A model generated the notes under the pieces. The model did not search any database, was not told the DNA's origin, and saw only the letters and a program-made list of their open reading frames with translations. Shown here piece by piece: positions 55,984-64,000 of a DNA stretch of 64,000 nt (its first letter is position 1; every line of letters starts with the position of its first letter). The DNA is taken from contig CAYRYU010000004.1 in the NCBI GenBank assembly GCA_964428355.1, positions 3,261 to 67,260 on the forward strand, given 5' to 3'. This DNA comes from an uncultured bacterium. GTDB lineage: Bacteria > Muiribacteriota > Ozemobacteria > Ozemobacterales > Ozemobacteraceae. Made by a program: the position numbers and the translations under genes.

Positions 55984-57345
55984 TCAACGGCTTCCGCCGT
56001 GGGATCGGGGCTTGAGGAAGTCCAGGATCGCCCCGGCGGCCTTCTTCCCGTCGGAAATCGCCTCTACGACGGTGGCGGGGCCCCGGACGATATCGCCTCC
56101 CGCGAAGATCCCGGGAATGGATGTGCCGCAGGTCTTTTCGTTGGTTCTTATGAGGCGTTCCTTGTCGACAGGGACCGACGGGTAGAGGGCGGGGGAATCA
56201 CCCGGGGCCTGGTTCCCGATCGCCTCGACCGCGAGATCCAGTTCGAGGACCCAGTCCGACCCGGGAACCCGGACGGGGCTCCGGCGGCCGGAGGAGTCTT
56301 CGGAACCCAGCCTGGTGCGCGCAAGTGAAATACCGGTGAGGCTTCCGCCCTGGTCGCGCCGGTAACCCAGCGGCTGGTTGAGCAGGAGGAAATGGACCCC
56401 CTCCTGAAGGGCTTCAAGGCGCTCATCCTCTTCGGCAGGCATCTGTGGAAAGGAACGCCGGTAGATCAGGTAGACGTCCCCCGCCCCGAGTTTTATGGCG
56501 ACTCGCGCGCAATCGATCGCGACGGAACCTCCCCCGATGACCCCGACAGTCTTTCCCTTGACCCGCTTTTTCAGGTCGTCCGGTTTCTTGCGGAAATCCT
56601 CCAGGAAGGCGATCGAGGGCAGTACCCCGGATCCGGTTTCCTTTTCGGCGGTCAAGGTCAGGGGCTTCCACAGGCCGGTTCCCACGAAGACGGCCTTGAA
56701 CCCCTTTCCCAGAAGTGATTCGACCTCGCCCGGTTTCAGCAACCCGTGCGAACATTTTATCTCGACTCCGAGGGAGTCGAGGTCACCCAGCTCCTTGTCG
56801 AGGAATTCGCGGGAGAAGCGGAAGGTGGGGACTCCGAAACGGAGGACCCCGCCCGGTTCGGGCTTGTCCTCGAAAACGACGGTCTTGATGCCGCTTTTTG
56901 CGAGCTCTGCCGCGCAACTGAGGCCGGCGGGGCCGGCTCCAACCACGGCGACTTTCTCTTCGCGTCGGGCAGGTTTTTCCCGGCGCGGATCCTGAAAGGT
57001 CCGGAACCCGATCTCCCAGGAATGTTCGATCAGGAACCGTTGGATCTTCCCGATGCGAATCGGCCTGTCGAGGCCGGTTGCGCTGCATTCTTTTTCACAG
57101 AGGCGGGGGGTCGGACAAAGGACCCCGCATGCGCCTCCAAGGATGTTGTTTTCCTTGATGGTCCGGATCGCGCCCAGGATGTTGCGCATGCGGAGCTTGC
57201 GGATGAAGGTCCCCGGATCGGTTCCCGCGGGGCAGCCTTTCGAGCAGGGCGCATCGTGGCAGAGAAGACACCGGTCCGCCTCGGCCAGAGCCTGGTCGAA
57301 GGTGAATCCCGGAGCCATTCCGGGGTTGTCCTCTGATCTGGTCAC
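55984..57345 (-). CDS. preT: Dihydropyrimidine dehydrogenase subunit PreT (GltD-like NAD(P)H-dependent oxidoreductase)
   Basis: 453 aa; N-terminal Fe-S Cys motifs (CLLCHDAPC, CPTPRLCEKEC); dinucleotide-binding VAVVGAGPAGLSCA and a second Rossmann GKTVGVIGGGSVAIDCA. Confidence 0.85.
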   Translation of the reverse strand: MTRSEDNPGMAPGFTFDQALAEADRCLLCHDAPCSKGCPAGTDPGTFIRKLRMRNILGAIRTIKENNILGGACGVLCPTPRLCEKECSATGLDRPIRIGKIQRFLIEHSWEIGFRTFQDPRREKPARREEKVAVVGAGPAGLSCAAELAKSGIKTVVFEDKPEPGGVLRFGVPTFRFSREFLDKELGDLDSLGVEIKCSHGLLKPGEVESLLGKGFKAVFVGTGLWKPLTLTAEKETGSGVLPSIAFLEDFRKKPDDLKKRVKGKTVGVIGGGSVAIDCARVAIKLGAGDVYLIYRRSFPQMPAEEDERLEALQEGVHFLLLNQPLGYRRDQGGSLTGISLARTRLGSEDSSGRRSPVRVPGSDWVLELDLAVEAIGNQAPGDSPALYPSVPVDKERLIRTNEKTCGTSIPGIFAGGDIVRGPATVVEAISDGKKAAGAILDFLKPRSHGGSR

Positions 57346-57366
57346 TTCGAATCTCCTTCCTGAATG

Positions 57367-58815
57367 TCAGAACCAGCGGGTGGAGACGACCTTGCGGTCG
57401 GTGTAGAAGTCGATGGACTCATGGCCGTGGGCCTTCAGATCGCCGAGGAAAGACTGCCGGGCTCCACCGAAGGAGAAGAAGGACATCGGGGCCGCGATCC
57501 CTATGTTGACGCCGCACATGCTGGCGGGAAGCCTGTATCCGAACTCGCGCGCCCATTTCCCCGAGGAGGTGAAGATGCTTCCGGCATTGGCATAACGGCA
57601 CTCCTCGATCATCCGCATCCCTTCCTCGAAATCCTTTGCGCGCAGGAGGTTGACGACGGGGCCGAAGATCTCCTCCTTTGCGATCGTCATTTCGGGGGTG
57701 ACATCGTCGAAGATCGTCGCTCCGATGTAGAAGCCGCCCGGGTGCTTTTCCACCTTGACCTTCCGGCCGTCGAGCAGGAGCTTCGCCCCCTCCTTCACAC
57801 CCTTTTCTATCAGGGAGAGGATCCTTTCCTTAGCGCTTTTCGAAGCGATCGCGCCCATCTGGATTCCGGATTCGAGGCCATTTCCGACCTTCATATCCCG
57901 GGCCTTGGCGAGGAGGGCTTCCTTGAGCTTCCCGTGGGCGTCGCCGATCGCGACGATGTTGCTGCCCGCGAGACACCGCTGTCCGGCGCAACCGTAGCAG
58001 GAGCCCATGAGGGCGTTAACGGTGGCTCCGATGTCGGCGTCGGGCATGACGAGAATGAAATTCTTCGCCCCGCCTAGAGCCTGGACCCTTTTCCCCGTCT
58101 TCGCCGCCTCGGCATAGATGTGCCTTGCGGTAGCGGAAGAGCCCACGAAGCTGACTCCCGCTATTCCTGGATCCTGGAGGAGGCCATTGGCAACGTCCTT
58201 GCCTCCGTTGACCAGGTTGACCACACCGGGTGGGAGGTTCAGCTCGTCCAGGACCTCGAAAACGAGCTGCTGTGAGAGCGGAACCTGTTCCGATGGTTTT
58301 ACGATAAAGGTGTTTCCCGTGGCGATAGCGGGAGGGAGGAACCAGAGCGGAACCATGAACGGAAAGTTGAACGGGGCGATTGCGGCGAACACGCCCAGAG
58401 GCTGGCGAAATACGGTGCAATCGAGCCCCGCAGCGATATCTTCGAGGCTCTGGCCTTTCATCAGGGTCGGGATCCCGGCCATCACCTCGACCACCTCGAT
58501 GCTCCGGCGGACTTCTCCGCGGCTTTCCTCGAGGGTCTTTCCGACCTCCATCGTGCAGAGTTTAGCGGCCTCCTCGAACCGGTCTTCGAGGGCCTGCTTC
58601 AGCTTGAACATGTATCTTGCGCGGGTGACGGGAGGGGTGGCGCGCCACTCGGGGAAAGCTTCACGAGCGGCTTTGACTGCGGCCTTGACCTCCTCTTCCG
58701 TCGAAAAGGCGACCCTGGCCATCGTCTCCCCCGTCGCGGGGTTGATCACTTCCTGGGTTTCCTTGCCTTTGGGTTCTGTCCATTCGCCGTTGATGTAGTT
58801 TCTGACGGTTTTCAT
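57367..58815 (-). CDS. mmsA: CoA-acylating (methyl)malonate-semialdehyde dehydrogenase, aldehyde dehydrogenase family
   Basis: 482 aa; ALDH catalytic Cys region CAGQRCLAGS; Glu region; ends ...YTDRKVVSTRWF, typical of the MmsA subgroup. Confidence 0.85.
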   Translation of the reverse strand: MKTVRNYINGEWTEPKGKETQEVINPATGETMARVAFSTEEEVKAAVKAAREAFPEWRATPPVTRARYMFKLKQALEDRFEEAAKLCTMEVGKTLEESRGEVRRSIEVVEVMAGIPTLMKGQSLEDIAAGLDCTVFRQPLGVFAAIAPFNFPFMVPLWFLPPAIATGNTFIVKPSEQVPLSQQLVFEVLDELNLPPGVVNLVNGGKDVANGLLQDPGIAGVSFVGSSATARHIYAEAAKTGKRVQALGGAKNFILVMPDADIGATVNALMGSCYGCAGQRCLAGSNIVAIGDAHGKLKEALLAKARDMKVGNGLESGIQMGAIASKSAKERILSLIEKGVKEGAKLLLDGRKVKVEKHPGGFYIGATIFDDVTPEMTIAKEEIFGPVVNLLRAKDFEEGMRMIEECRYANAGSIFTSSGKWAREFGYRLPASMCGVNIGIAAPMSFFSFGGARQSFLGDLKAHGHESIDFYTDRKVVSTRWF

Positions 58816-58884
58816 CTTTCGGAATACTCCTGTTCTTTTTCACTGGGCCCGACCTCTGGGGCCGGCCGGGAGCGGGGTTCCGGG

Positions 58885-60168
58885 TCAGATTGCGGAGAAG
58901 ACTTTCTCGAGGATCCCCAACGCCCGATCGACCTCGGCCCGGGTTACGGCCATCGGGGGGCTGATCCGGAGGATGTTTCCATAAAGGCCGCCCTTTCCGA
59001 TCAGCAGTCCTGCTTTGCGGGTCTCCTCGAAGACCTTGAGAACGGCTTCCGGGTTCGGTGTCTTGGACTTCTTGTCCGTGACAAGCTCGACCCCGATCAT
59101 CAGGCCCATGCCGCGGACGTCGCCGATGGTTTTGGAGCTTTTCGCCAGCTCCCCGAGGCTGTTGCGGAAATGCGCGCCGAGCTCGTGCGTGTGGTGCAGG
59201 ATGTTTTCCTTCTCGATGCATTCGATCGTGGCCATCGCCGCTTCGCAGGAGACGGGATTCCCGCCGAAGGTGGAGATGGACGGCCCCTTGAGAGAATCGG
59301 CGATTTCCGGGGTGGCGATCGTCCAGCCGATCGGGAAGCCGTTTGCCATGCCTTTCGCGGAAGTCATGATGTCAGGCTCGACACCGAAATGCTCGATTCC
59401 GAACCACCGTTTTCCGGTCCGGCCCCAGCCGGTCTGGACTTCATCGGCGATGAAAACGCCGCCGTGTTTCCGGACGATCTCGGCGGCGATGCGGAAGTAT
59501 TCCTTCGGAGGGACTATGAATCCGCCGACGCCCTGGATCGGTTCGGCGATGAAAGCGGCAATTTTCCCCGAGGTTTCCGTTTTGATGAGCTCTTCGAGAT
59601 CCCGGGCGCAGGCGATGTCGCAGGCGGGATAGGTGAGATGGAACGGGCACCGGTAGCAGTAGGGTGACATCGCGTGATGGATTCCGGGAAGGAGGGTCTT
59701 GGAAACGCGCCAGGTGGAATGCGCGGTGAGGTTCATCGCCAGAGCGGAGCGTCCGCTGTAGCTGTGCCTGAGGGCGATCACCTCCTGGTTGCCGGTGTAA
59801 TGCTGCGCGATCATGATCGCGGTTTCATCCGCTTCGGTTCCGCTGTTCGTGAAAAAGCTCTTCTTCAGTTTGCCCGGGGCGAGTGACGCGAGCTTTTCGG
59901 CAAGCTGGGCTGCCGGAAGGGTGGGATAGAGGGTCGATGCGTGCTGGAGACGCTTGACCTGGGCGATCACCCTTTCGTTGATCCTTTCGTGGCAGTGTCC
60001 GACGGAAACGGTTAGAATTCCGCCGAAGAAATCGAGATACTCCCTGCCTTCGAAATCCTTCACCTGACATCCTTTTCCCGATTCGATGGGGAGAGGATCC
60101 TTGTAATAGGTTATGACCGCGGGGAACAGATATTCCTTGTACTTTTCCGTTACCTTCTTGTTATCCAT
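58885..60168 (-). CDS. Class III PLP aminotransferase (beta-alanine / omega-amino acid transaminase)
   Basis: ATG at 60168 (MDNKKVTEKY...) with AAAGGA RBS; this start does not overlap the dihydropyrimidinase gene. PLP-lysine region TSAKGMANGFPIG and GGILTVSVGHCHERI. Confidence 0.85.
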   Translation of the reverse strand: MDNKKVTEKYKEYLFPAVITYYKDPLPIESGKGCQVKDFEGREYLDFFGGILTVSVGHCHERINERVIAQVKRLQHASTLYPTLPAAQLAEKLASLAPGKLKKSFFTNSGTEADETAIMIAQHYTGNQEVIALRHSYSGRSALAMNLTAHSTWRVSKTLLPGIHHAMSPYCYRCPFHLTYPACDIACARDLEELIKTETSGKIAAFIAEPIQGVGGFIVPPKEYFRIAAEIVRKHGGVFIADEVQTGWGRTGKRWFGIEHFGVEPDIMTSAKGMANGFPIGWTIATPEIADSLKGPSISTFGGNPVSCEAAMATIECIEKENILHHTHELGAHFRNSLGELAKSSKTIGDVRGMGLMIGVELVTDKKSKTPNPEAVLKVFEETRKAGLLIGKGGLYGNILRISPPMAVTRAEVDRALGILEKVFSAI

Positions 60169-60217
60169 GTCGTTCCTTTCTTCGAAACAGGAGGCTGAAG
60201 AGGCGTTCAACCTGAAT

Positions 60218-61654
60218 TCAGACCAGGGAGGGATCGAACTTCTTCCGGGGGAGGAACTCTCCAAAACCTTTCCGACCCTCGAAAACGTCGTTCCTGGCGA
60301 CGATCTCGCCCCGGGATAGTGTCAAGACCGGGAGTCCCGTGAGTTCGAATCCCTCGAAAGCCGAGTAGTCGACGTTGTGGTGCGTGGTCTTGGCGGTGAT
60401 CCTTCCCTTTTTCCGCGGGTCGAAAAGTACGAGATCACCGTGGGAACCGACGGCGATCGTTCCCTTCTCCGGGTACAACCCGAACATGCGGGCAGGGTTG
60501 GTGGACGTGATCGCGGCGAACAGGTTGCGGGAGATCAGTCCGGTTCTGACTCCATGTGAATACAGGAGGTTCAACCGGTCTCCGACGGCGGGAATGCCGT
60601 TGGGGATCTTGAGGAAGTTGTCCTTGCCCATATCCTTCTGCCCCTTGAACCGGAATGAGCAATGATCGGTCGCCACGGTCTGGATGAACCCGTCCCGGAG
60701 GCCGTTCCATATCTTGCCGTGGTTCGAGGCGTCCCGAAGGGGGGGGGACATCACCCATTTTGCCCCCTCGAAACCGGGTTTCCTGTAGAGTTCATCGGAA
60801 AGAAGCAGGTATTGCGGACAGGTTTCCGCGAACACGCGCAGTCCACGGGCGCGGGCGGCCTTGACCTCCTCGAGCGCTTCGTTGCAGCTCAGATGGACGA
60901 TATACAGCGGAGCCTCGGCCATCTGGGCGAGGGCTATCGCACGGTGGGCGGCCTCTCCCTCCGCCAGCGCGGGGTGGGCGATCGGGTGGAAGCGGGGGGC
61001 GGTCTTTCCATCCTCGATCAACCTGTTCATGACGAAAGACAGCATGTCGCCGTTTTCGGCATGCACCGAAACGAGCGCTCCATGGTTCTTTGCGGCGAAA
61101 AACACCTCGAGGAGCTGTGCGTCGTCGACCATCAGGGCTCCCTTGTAGGCCATGAAACATTTGAAGCTGGTGATTCCCTCGGCGACGACCTGGGGGATGT
61201 CGGCCAGGACCGTCTTGTCGGCATCGACCAGGGCGATGTGGAACCCGTAGTCTATGACCGCTTTCCGATGGGCCTTGCGGTGCCATTCCTCGAGTGCCTT
61301 GGTGATCCGCTGGCCCTTTGCCGGGATGACGAAGTCAACGATGGTGGTCGTTCCCCCGCATGCCGCGGCGATCGTCCCGGTCTCGAAATCATCCGCCGAG
61401 ACCGTTCCCATGAAGGGAAGGGAAAAATGGGTATGGACGTCTATCCCGCCCGGGTAGATTTCCAGGCCGCCCGCTTCGATGACCTTCATCATCGGGTTTG
61501 ATTGGATCTTCTCTGCAATCTGGGTGATCACTCCGTCGACGATCAGGATATCGCCCTGAAAAGTGTCGGCGGCGGTATAAATGGTTCCCCCGTGGACGAG
61601 AACCTCGCGAGAACGGGTTTCACGGGAGGATGATCGGTTGTTCCTGGCTGGCAT
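60218..61654 (-). CDS. Dihydropyrimidinase / D-hydantoinase (cyclic amidohydrolase)
   Basis: 478 aa; metal-binding GGIDVHTHF; carboxylated-Lys region KCFMAYK; His/Asp motifs (VSVHAEN, TDHCSF). Confidence 0.9.
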   Translation of the reverse strand: MPARNNRSSSRETRSREVLVHGGTIYTAADTFQGDILIVDGVITQIAEKIQSNPMMKVIEAGGLEIYPGGIDVHTHFSLPFMGTVSADDFETGTIAAACGGTTTIVDFVIPAKGQRITKALEEWHRKAHRKAVIDYGFHIALVDADKTVLADIPQVVAEGITSFKCFMAYKGALMVDDAQLLEVFFAAKNHGALVSVHAENGDMLSFVMNRLIEDGKTAPRFHPIAHPALAEGEAAHRAIALAQMAEAPLYIVHLSCNEALEEVKAARARGLRVFAETCPQYLLLSDELYRKPGFEGAKWVMSPPLRDASNHGKIWNGLRDGFIQTVATDHCSFRFKGQKDMGKDNFLKIPNGIPAVGDRLNLLYSHGVRTGLISRNLFAAITSTNPARMFGLYPEKGTIAVGSHGDLVLFDPRKKGRITAKTTHHNVDYSAFEGFELTGLPVLTLSRGEIVARNDVFEGRKGFGEFLPRKKFDPSLV

Positions 61655-61672
61655 TTTCCTCTCCTTTTCCGG

Positions 61673-62545
61673 TCAGGGCAGAAGCATGACCATTTCTTCG
61701 TAGGTCTCGGGCCTTCGGTCGCGGTAGAACTGCCAGGTTTCCCTCACCTGGTCAATCTTGTCCAGATCGATGACAGCGGTGACGAGTTCGTCGCGGTCTT
61801 CGCTGCCCTCGGCGAGAATCTCCCCACGCGGATTGACGAAGTAGCTGTGGCCGTAGAATTTCCCCAGGTTCCAGGGCCTTTCGGTTCCCACCCGGTTGAT
61901 GCATCCCATGAAATATCCGTTCGCAACGGCGTGGGCGGGTTGTTCGAGTTTCCAGAGGTGTTGGGAAAGGCCAGCCACGGTCGCGGACGGGTTGAAGACG
62001 ATCTCCGCACCGTGAAGGCCGAGGATCCTGGCGCCTTCGGGGAAGTGCCGGTCGTAACAGATGTACACCCCGACCTTTCCATAACGGGTGTCGAAGACGG
62101 GGTAGTCGAGGTTGCCCGGTTTGAAATAGAACTTTTCCCAGAAACCCGCGACCTGGGGGATGTGGATCTTGCGGTATTTCCCGAGATACTCACCATCCGC
62201 GTCGATGACCGCGGCGGTATTGTAGAAGACCCCGGCGGTGAGCTTCTCATACAGAGGAACCACGATGACCATCTTGTACTTTTTGGCGTACTTTGCCAGC
62301 AGCTTGGTGGTCGGTCCCGGGACCGACTCGGCAGTGGCATACCATTTCGGGTCCTGGGAGGGGCAGAAATACGGAGTGGAAAAGATCTCCTGGAGGCACA
62401 GGACCTGGACACCCTTTTTCCCTGCCTTCTCGATGAACCCGAGGTGTTTCTCGATCATGGCTTCCTTGATCTGGGAAACCGTACCCTCCCCCTCGTGAAG
62501 GGGAAGACTGCATTGGATCAACCCGCACGTTATCTTTCTCGACAT
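61673..62545 (-). CDS. Beta-ureidopropionase / N-carbamoyl-amino-acid amidohydrolase (nitrilase superfamily)
   Basis: 290 aa; CN-hydrolase catalytic triad context LCLQEIF (Glu), YRKIHIP (Lys) and VGVYICYDRHFPE (Cys). Confidence 0.85.
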   Translation of the reverse strand: MSRKITCGLIQCSLPLHEGEGTVSQIKEAMIEKHLGFIEKAGKKGVQVLCLQEIFSTPYFCPSQDPKWYATAESVPGPTTKLLAKYAKKYKMVIVVPLYEKLTAGVFYNTAAVIDADGEYLGKYRKIHIPQVAGFWEKFYFKPGNLDYPVFDTRYGKVGVYICYDRHFPEGARILGLHGAEIVFNPSATVAGLSQHLWKLEQPAHAVANGYFMGCINRVGTERPWNLGKFYGHSYFVNPRGEILAEGSEDRDELVTAVIDLDKIDQVRETWQFYRDRRPETYEEMVMLLP

Positions 62546-62712
62546 GATTCCTCCTTTGATGCTCTTTTCTCGATTCCGGGAAATCCGGACGGAAAGCGTG
62601 AAAACGAAAGTTCCGACCCGTCAGGTCACCCGCATGAAGAAGGACGGGAAATGCGGCGGCCCGAAGGGATTGCGACTTGTGGGGGTGGCGTGGAAAACGT
62701 CCGGACGAGGGG

Positions 62713-63123
62713 TCATCCCTGTCCGAGGTCCCTCAGTTCGGCGAGAAGGCGATCCTTTTTCGCGGCGAGTTTCTCGAAAGACCTCTTCACTTCCTTGAGG
62801 TTGACAGCCCGGGCGGCATCCTCGAGGAATCTCTTCTGGCACTCGAGCAGCCTTTCCCAGCTGGCGGGGGGAGTTCCGGACTTTCCGGAATCGGGTGAAT
62901 ACCCGGATTCGGAAAGGCTTTCACATGGCTCCATCACGAGTTCCGTGACGTTCTCACGCAGAATCGTCTGCAGAAGTTTCACATTTCTTTCCCGATCCGC
63001 TTCGAGGCGGCCGAAAAACTCTCCGAGGGGAGTGGAAAGACCTTTGGGGTCGGGTGGAATGAGAGTGGTCTTTTCCAGACTGATGGCGAAATCCAGGAAC
63101 GCGCTGAAGGTATTCAAGCCCAT
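62713..63123 (-). CDS. Hypothetical protein
   Basis: About 137 aa from the internal ATG (MGLNTFSAFLDF...); protein-like composition, no motif. Confidence 0.35.
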   Translation of the reverse strand: MGLNTFSAFLDFAISLEKTTLIPPDPKGLSTPLGEFFGRLEADRERNVKLLQTILRENVTELVMEPCESLSESGYSPDSGKSGTPPASWERLLECQKRFLEDAARAVNLKEVKRSFEKLAAKKDRLLAELRDLGQG

Positions 63124-63201
63124 TCGGTACACCTCCCGACCAAGGGTAATATAAACGTTATTGTACGTCCACCGAAAACCCGTACCCAAACCTGTGCGGG
63201 G

Positions 63202-64000
63202 TCAGGAGGATTCCTTCCAGAAACGAGGGTCCTTCATCCGGTAGAAGAGGTTGTAGGCGCAGGCAGAAATCAGGCGTCCCTCCGGATCGGGAACCTGGTC
63301 GGGGCAGGTGGAAACGCGTGCGACATCGAAGTTGTCCTCGTCCATGTGGGCATGAAGATAAACGGTGAGAACGTACTTCTCCCCGATCCGCTGCCGCTCG
63401 GAAATGCTGGGTGCCGCTCCGGAACTGGGATACAGCTCCCGTATGATCGCCCGGAATCCGTCGAGGAGGTCTTCGTTCCCGCCTCTGGTCCATAGGCGGT
63501 CGAGAGCTTCCCTGAAAAGGCTCTCGGTTCCGTCGCCCGGCCTCATGAGATAGCCACCGGCAAGCAACTGGTCGAACTCCCTTGAGTCGAAGATCTCGGA
63601 AAAGTCGTAGAGCCTTTCCTTCCATTTGAAGACATAGGCGATCTGGTAACAAAGCGGATGGGCCGATGGGAGGGGCCGGAAAAACGACCTTTTGAGTCTT
63701 CCCCCGGTTGCCTCTTCGATCACGCGGGCCGCCCGGTCGAGAGGAAGGTGTTGCCGCGGCTGGAAATCCTTGCCTCCGAACCCCGTGTAGGTCATGGTCT
63801 GGACCGTGATGCTGCGGACGACGGAATGTCCGAGCGCGAGATCGAGGATTCCCCCGAACTCACCGTCGTTGACCTCGGGAATCATTACGTGGAGCAGCGT
63901 CGTTCCAACTCCCGCCTCCTGGAGATTGCTCAAAGCGAGTTTTTTCCTGGCGACGAGGTCGGCTCCGTGGACTTTTTGGGAGGTTGCGGAGTCGAGTGTG
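63202..64000 (-). CDS. Partial CDS (5' end beyond the window), C-terminal part of a larger enzyme, possibly radical-SAM-related
   Basis: The frame is open from the window edge (…TLDSATSQKVHGADLVARKKLALSNLQEAGVGTTLLHVMIPEVNDGEFGG…) down to the stop at 63202; the track M at 63933 is a TTG. Family is not resolved; the ...CPDQVPDPEGRLISACAYNLFY tail suggests an Fe-S or auxiliary domain. Confidence 0.4.
   Translation of the reverse strand, partial: TLDSATSQKVHGADLVARKKLALSNLQEAGVGTTLLHVMIPEVNDGEFGGILDLALGHSVVRSITVQTMTYTGFGGKDFQPRQHLPLDRAARVIEEATGGRLKRSFFRPLPSAHPLCYQIAYVFKWKERLYDFSEIFDSREFDQLLAGGYLMRPGDGTESLFREALDRLWTRGGNEDLLDGFRAIIRELYPSSGAAPSISERQRIGEKYVLTVYLHAHMDEDNFDVARVSTCPDQVPDPEGRLISACAYNLFYRMKDPRFWKESS

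Noticed and set aside
61847-63154. 435-aa plus-strand ORF
   Set aside because: Antisense to the beta-ureidopropionase and neighbouring genes; no motifs.

Overview
This window is GC-rich and densely packed with genes on both strands, with no rRNA, tRNA or CRISPR that I can see. Because of the high GC, nearly every real gene is shadowed by long antisense or off-frame ORFs in the track. The track also labels alternative starts (TTG/GTG) as M, so several starts were re-placed at internal ATG/TTG/GTG codons using signal peptides, RBS spacing and overlap logic; starts are therefore less certain than stops.

What the sequence supports:

1. 1-7032 (+): an [FeFe]-hydrogenase cluster. It comprises a NuoF-like flavoprotein, a HydA-like large subunit, the maturases HydG and HydE, and an aspartase/fumarase-family gene, all overlapping or tightly spaced. 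The HydA-like protein has TSSSP where the canonical TSCCP H-cluster motif sits.
2. 7188-19406: a block of mostly secreted or envelope proteins. These are SppA, an S8 peptidase, a VWA protein, a DedA membrane protein, an L,D-transpeptidase-like protein, an EEP phosphoesterase and lipoproteins. Also here are an OYE flavoenzyme, a DUF2156 protein, an ankyrin protein, a GNAT and a histidine phosphatase.
3. 19581-21356: a GH15-like glycoside hydrolase preceded by a 60-bp tandem repeat.
4. 21396-27069 (-): a minor-pseudopilin cluster. It has two GFxxIE prepilins, a 720-aa protein with a GspK/PilX-like N-terminus, lipoproteins and a secretin-N-like domain protein.
5. 27133-38323: a HEAT-repeat protein followed by two tandem membrane HAMP-PP2C (SpoIIE-family) phosphatases, the first with a degenerate motif. 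Downstream are a DUF1566 lipoprotein and a PAS-GAF-PP2C phosphatase, which is divergent from a STAS anti-sigma antagonist across a perfect palindrome.
6. 38468-42113: a secreted GH13 amylase, then a hypothetical protein plus a macro-domain protein.
7. 42195-48821 (-): a 2208-aa ORF carrying two complete membrane HAMP plus class III nucleotidyl cyclase modules. The linker between them holds a 60-bp tandem repeat homologous, on the opposite strand, to the one at 19.6 kb.
8. 48912-54709: a carbamoyltransferase, a secreted ankyrin protein, and a hypothetical plus TPR protein pair.
9. 54726-62545 (-): a complete reductive pyrimidine catabolism operon. Its order is beta-ureidopropionase, dihydropyrimidinase, class III aminotransferase, malonate-semialdehyde dehydrogenase, PreT, PreA.
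10. 63202-64000: a partial gene running off the window.

Most worth a second look: the cysteine-less L1 motif in HydA next to its maturases; the shared 60-bp repeat family in two unrelated genes; the giant double cyclase; the kinase-less PP2C/STAS signalling cluster; and a small inverted CACAGAG repeat element present at two intergenic loci.
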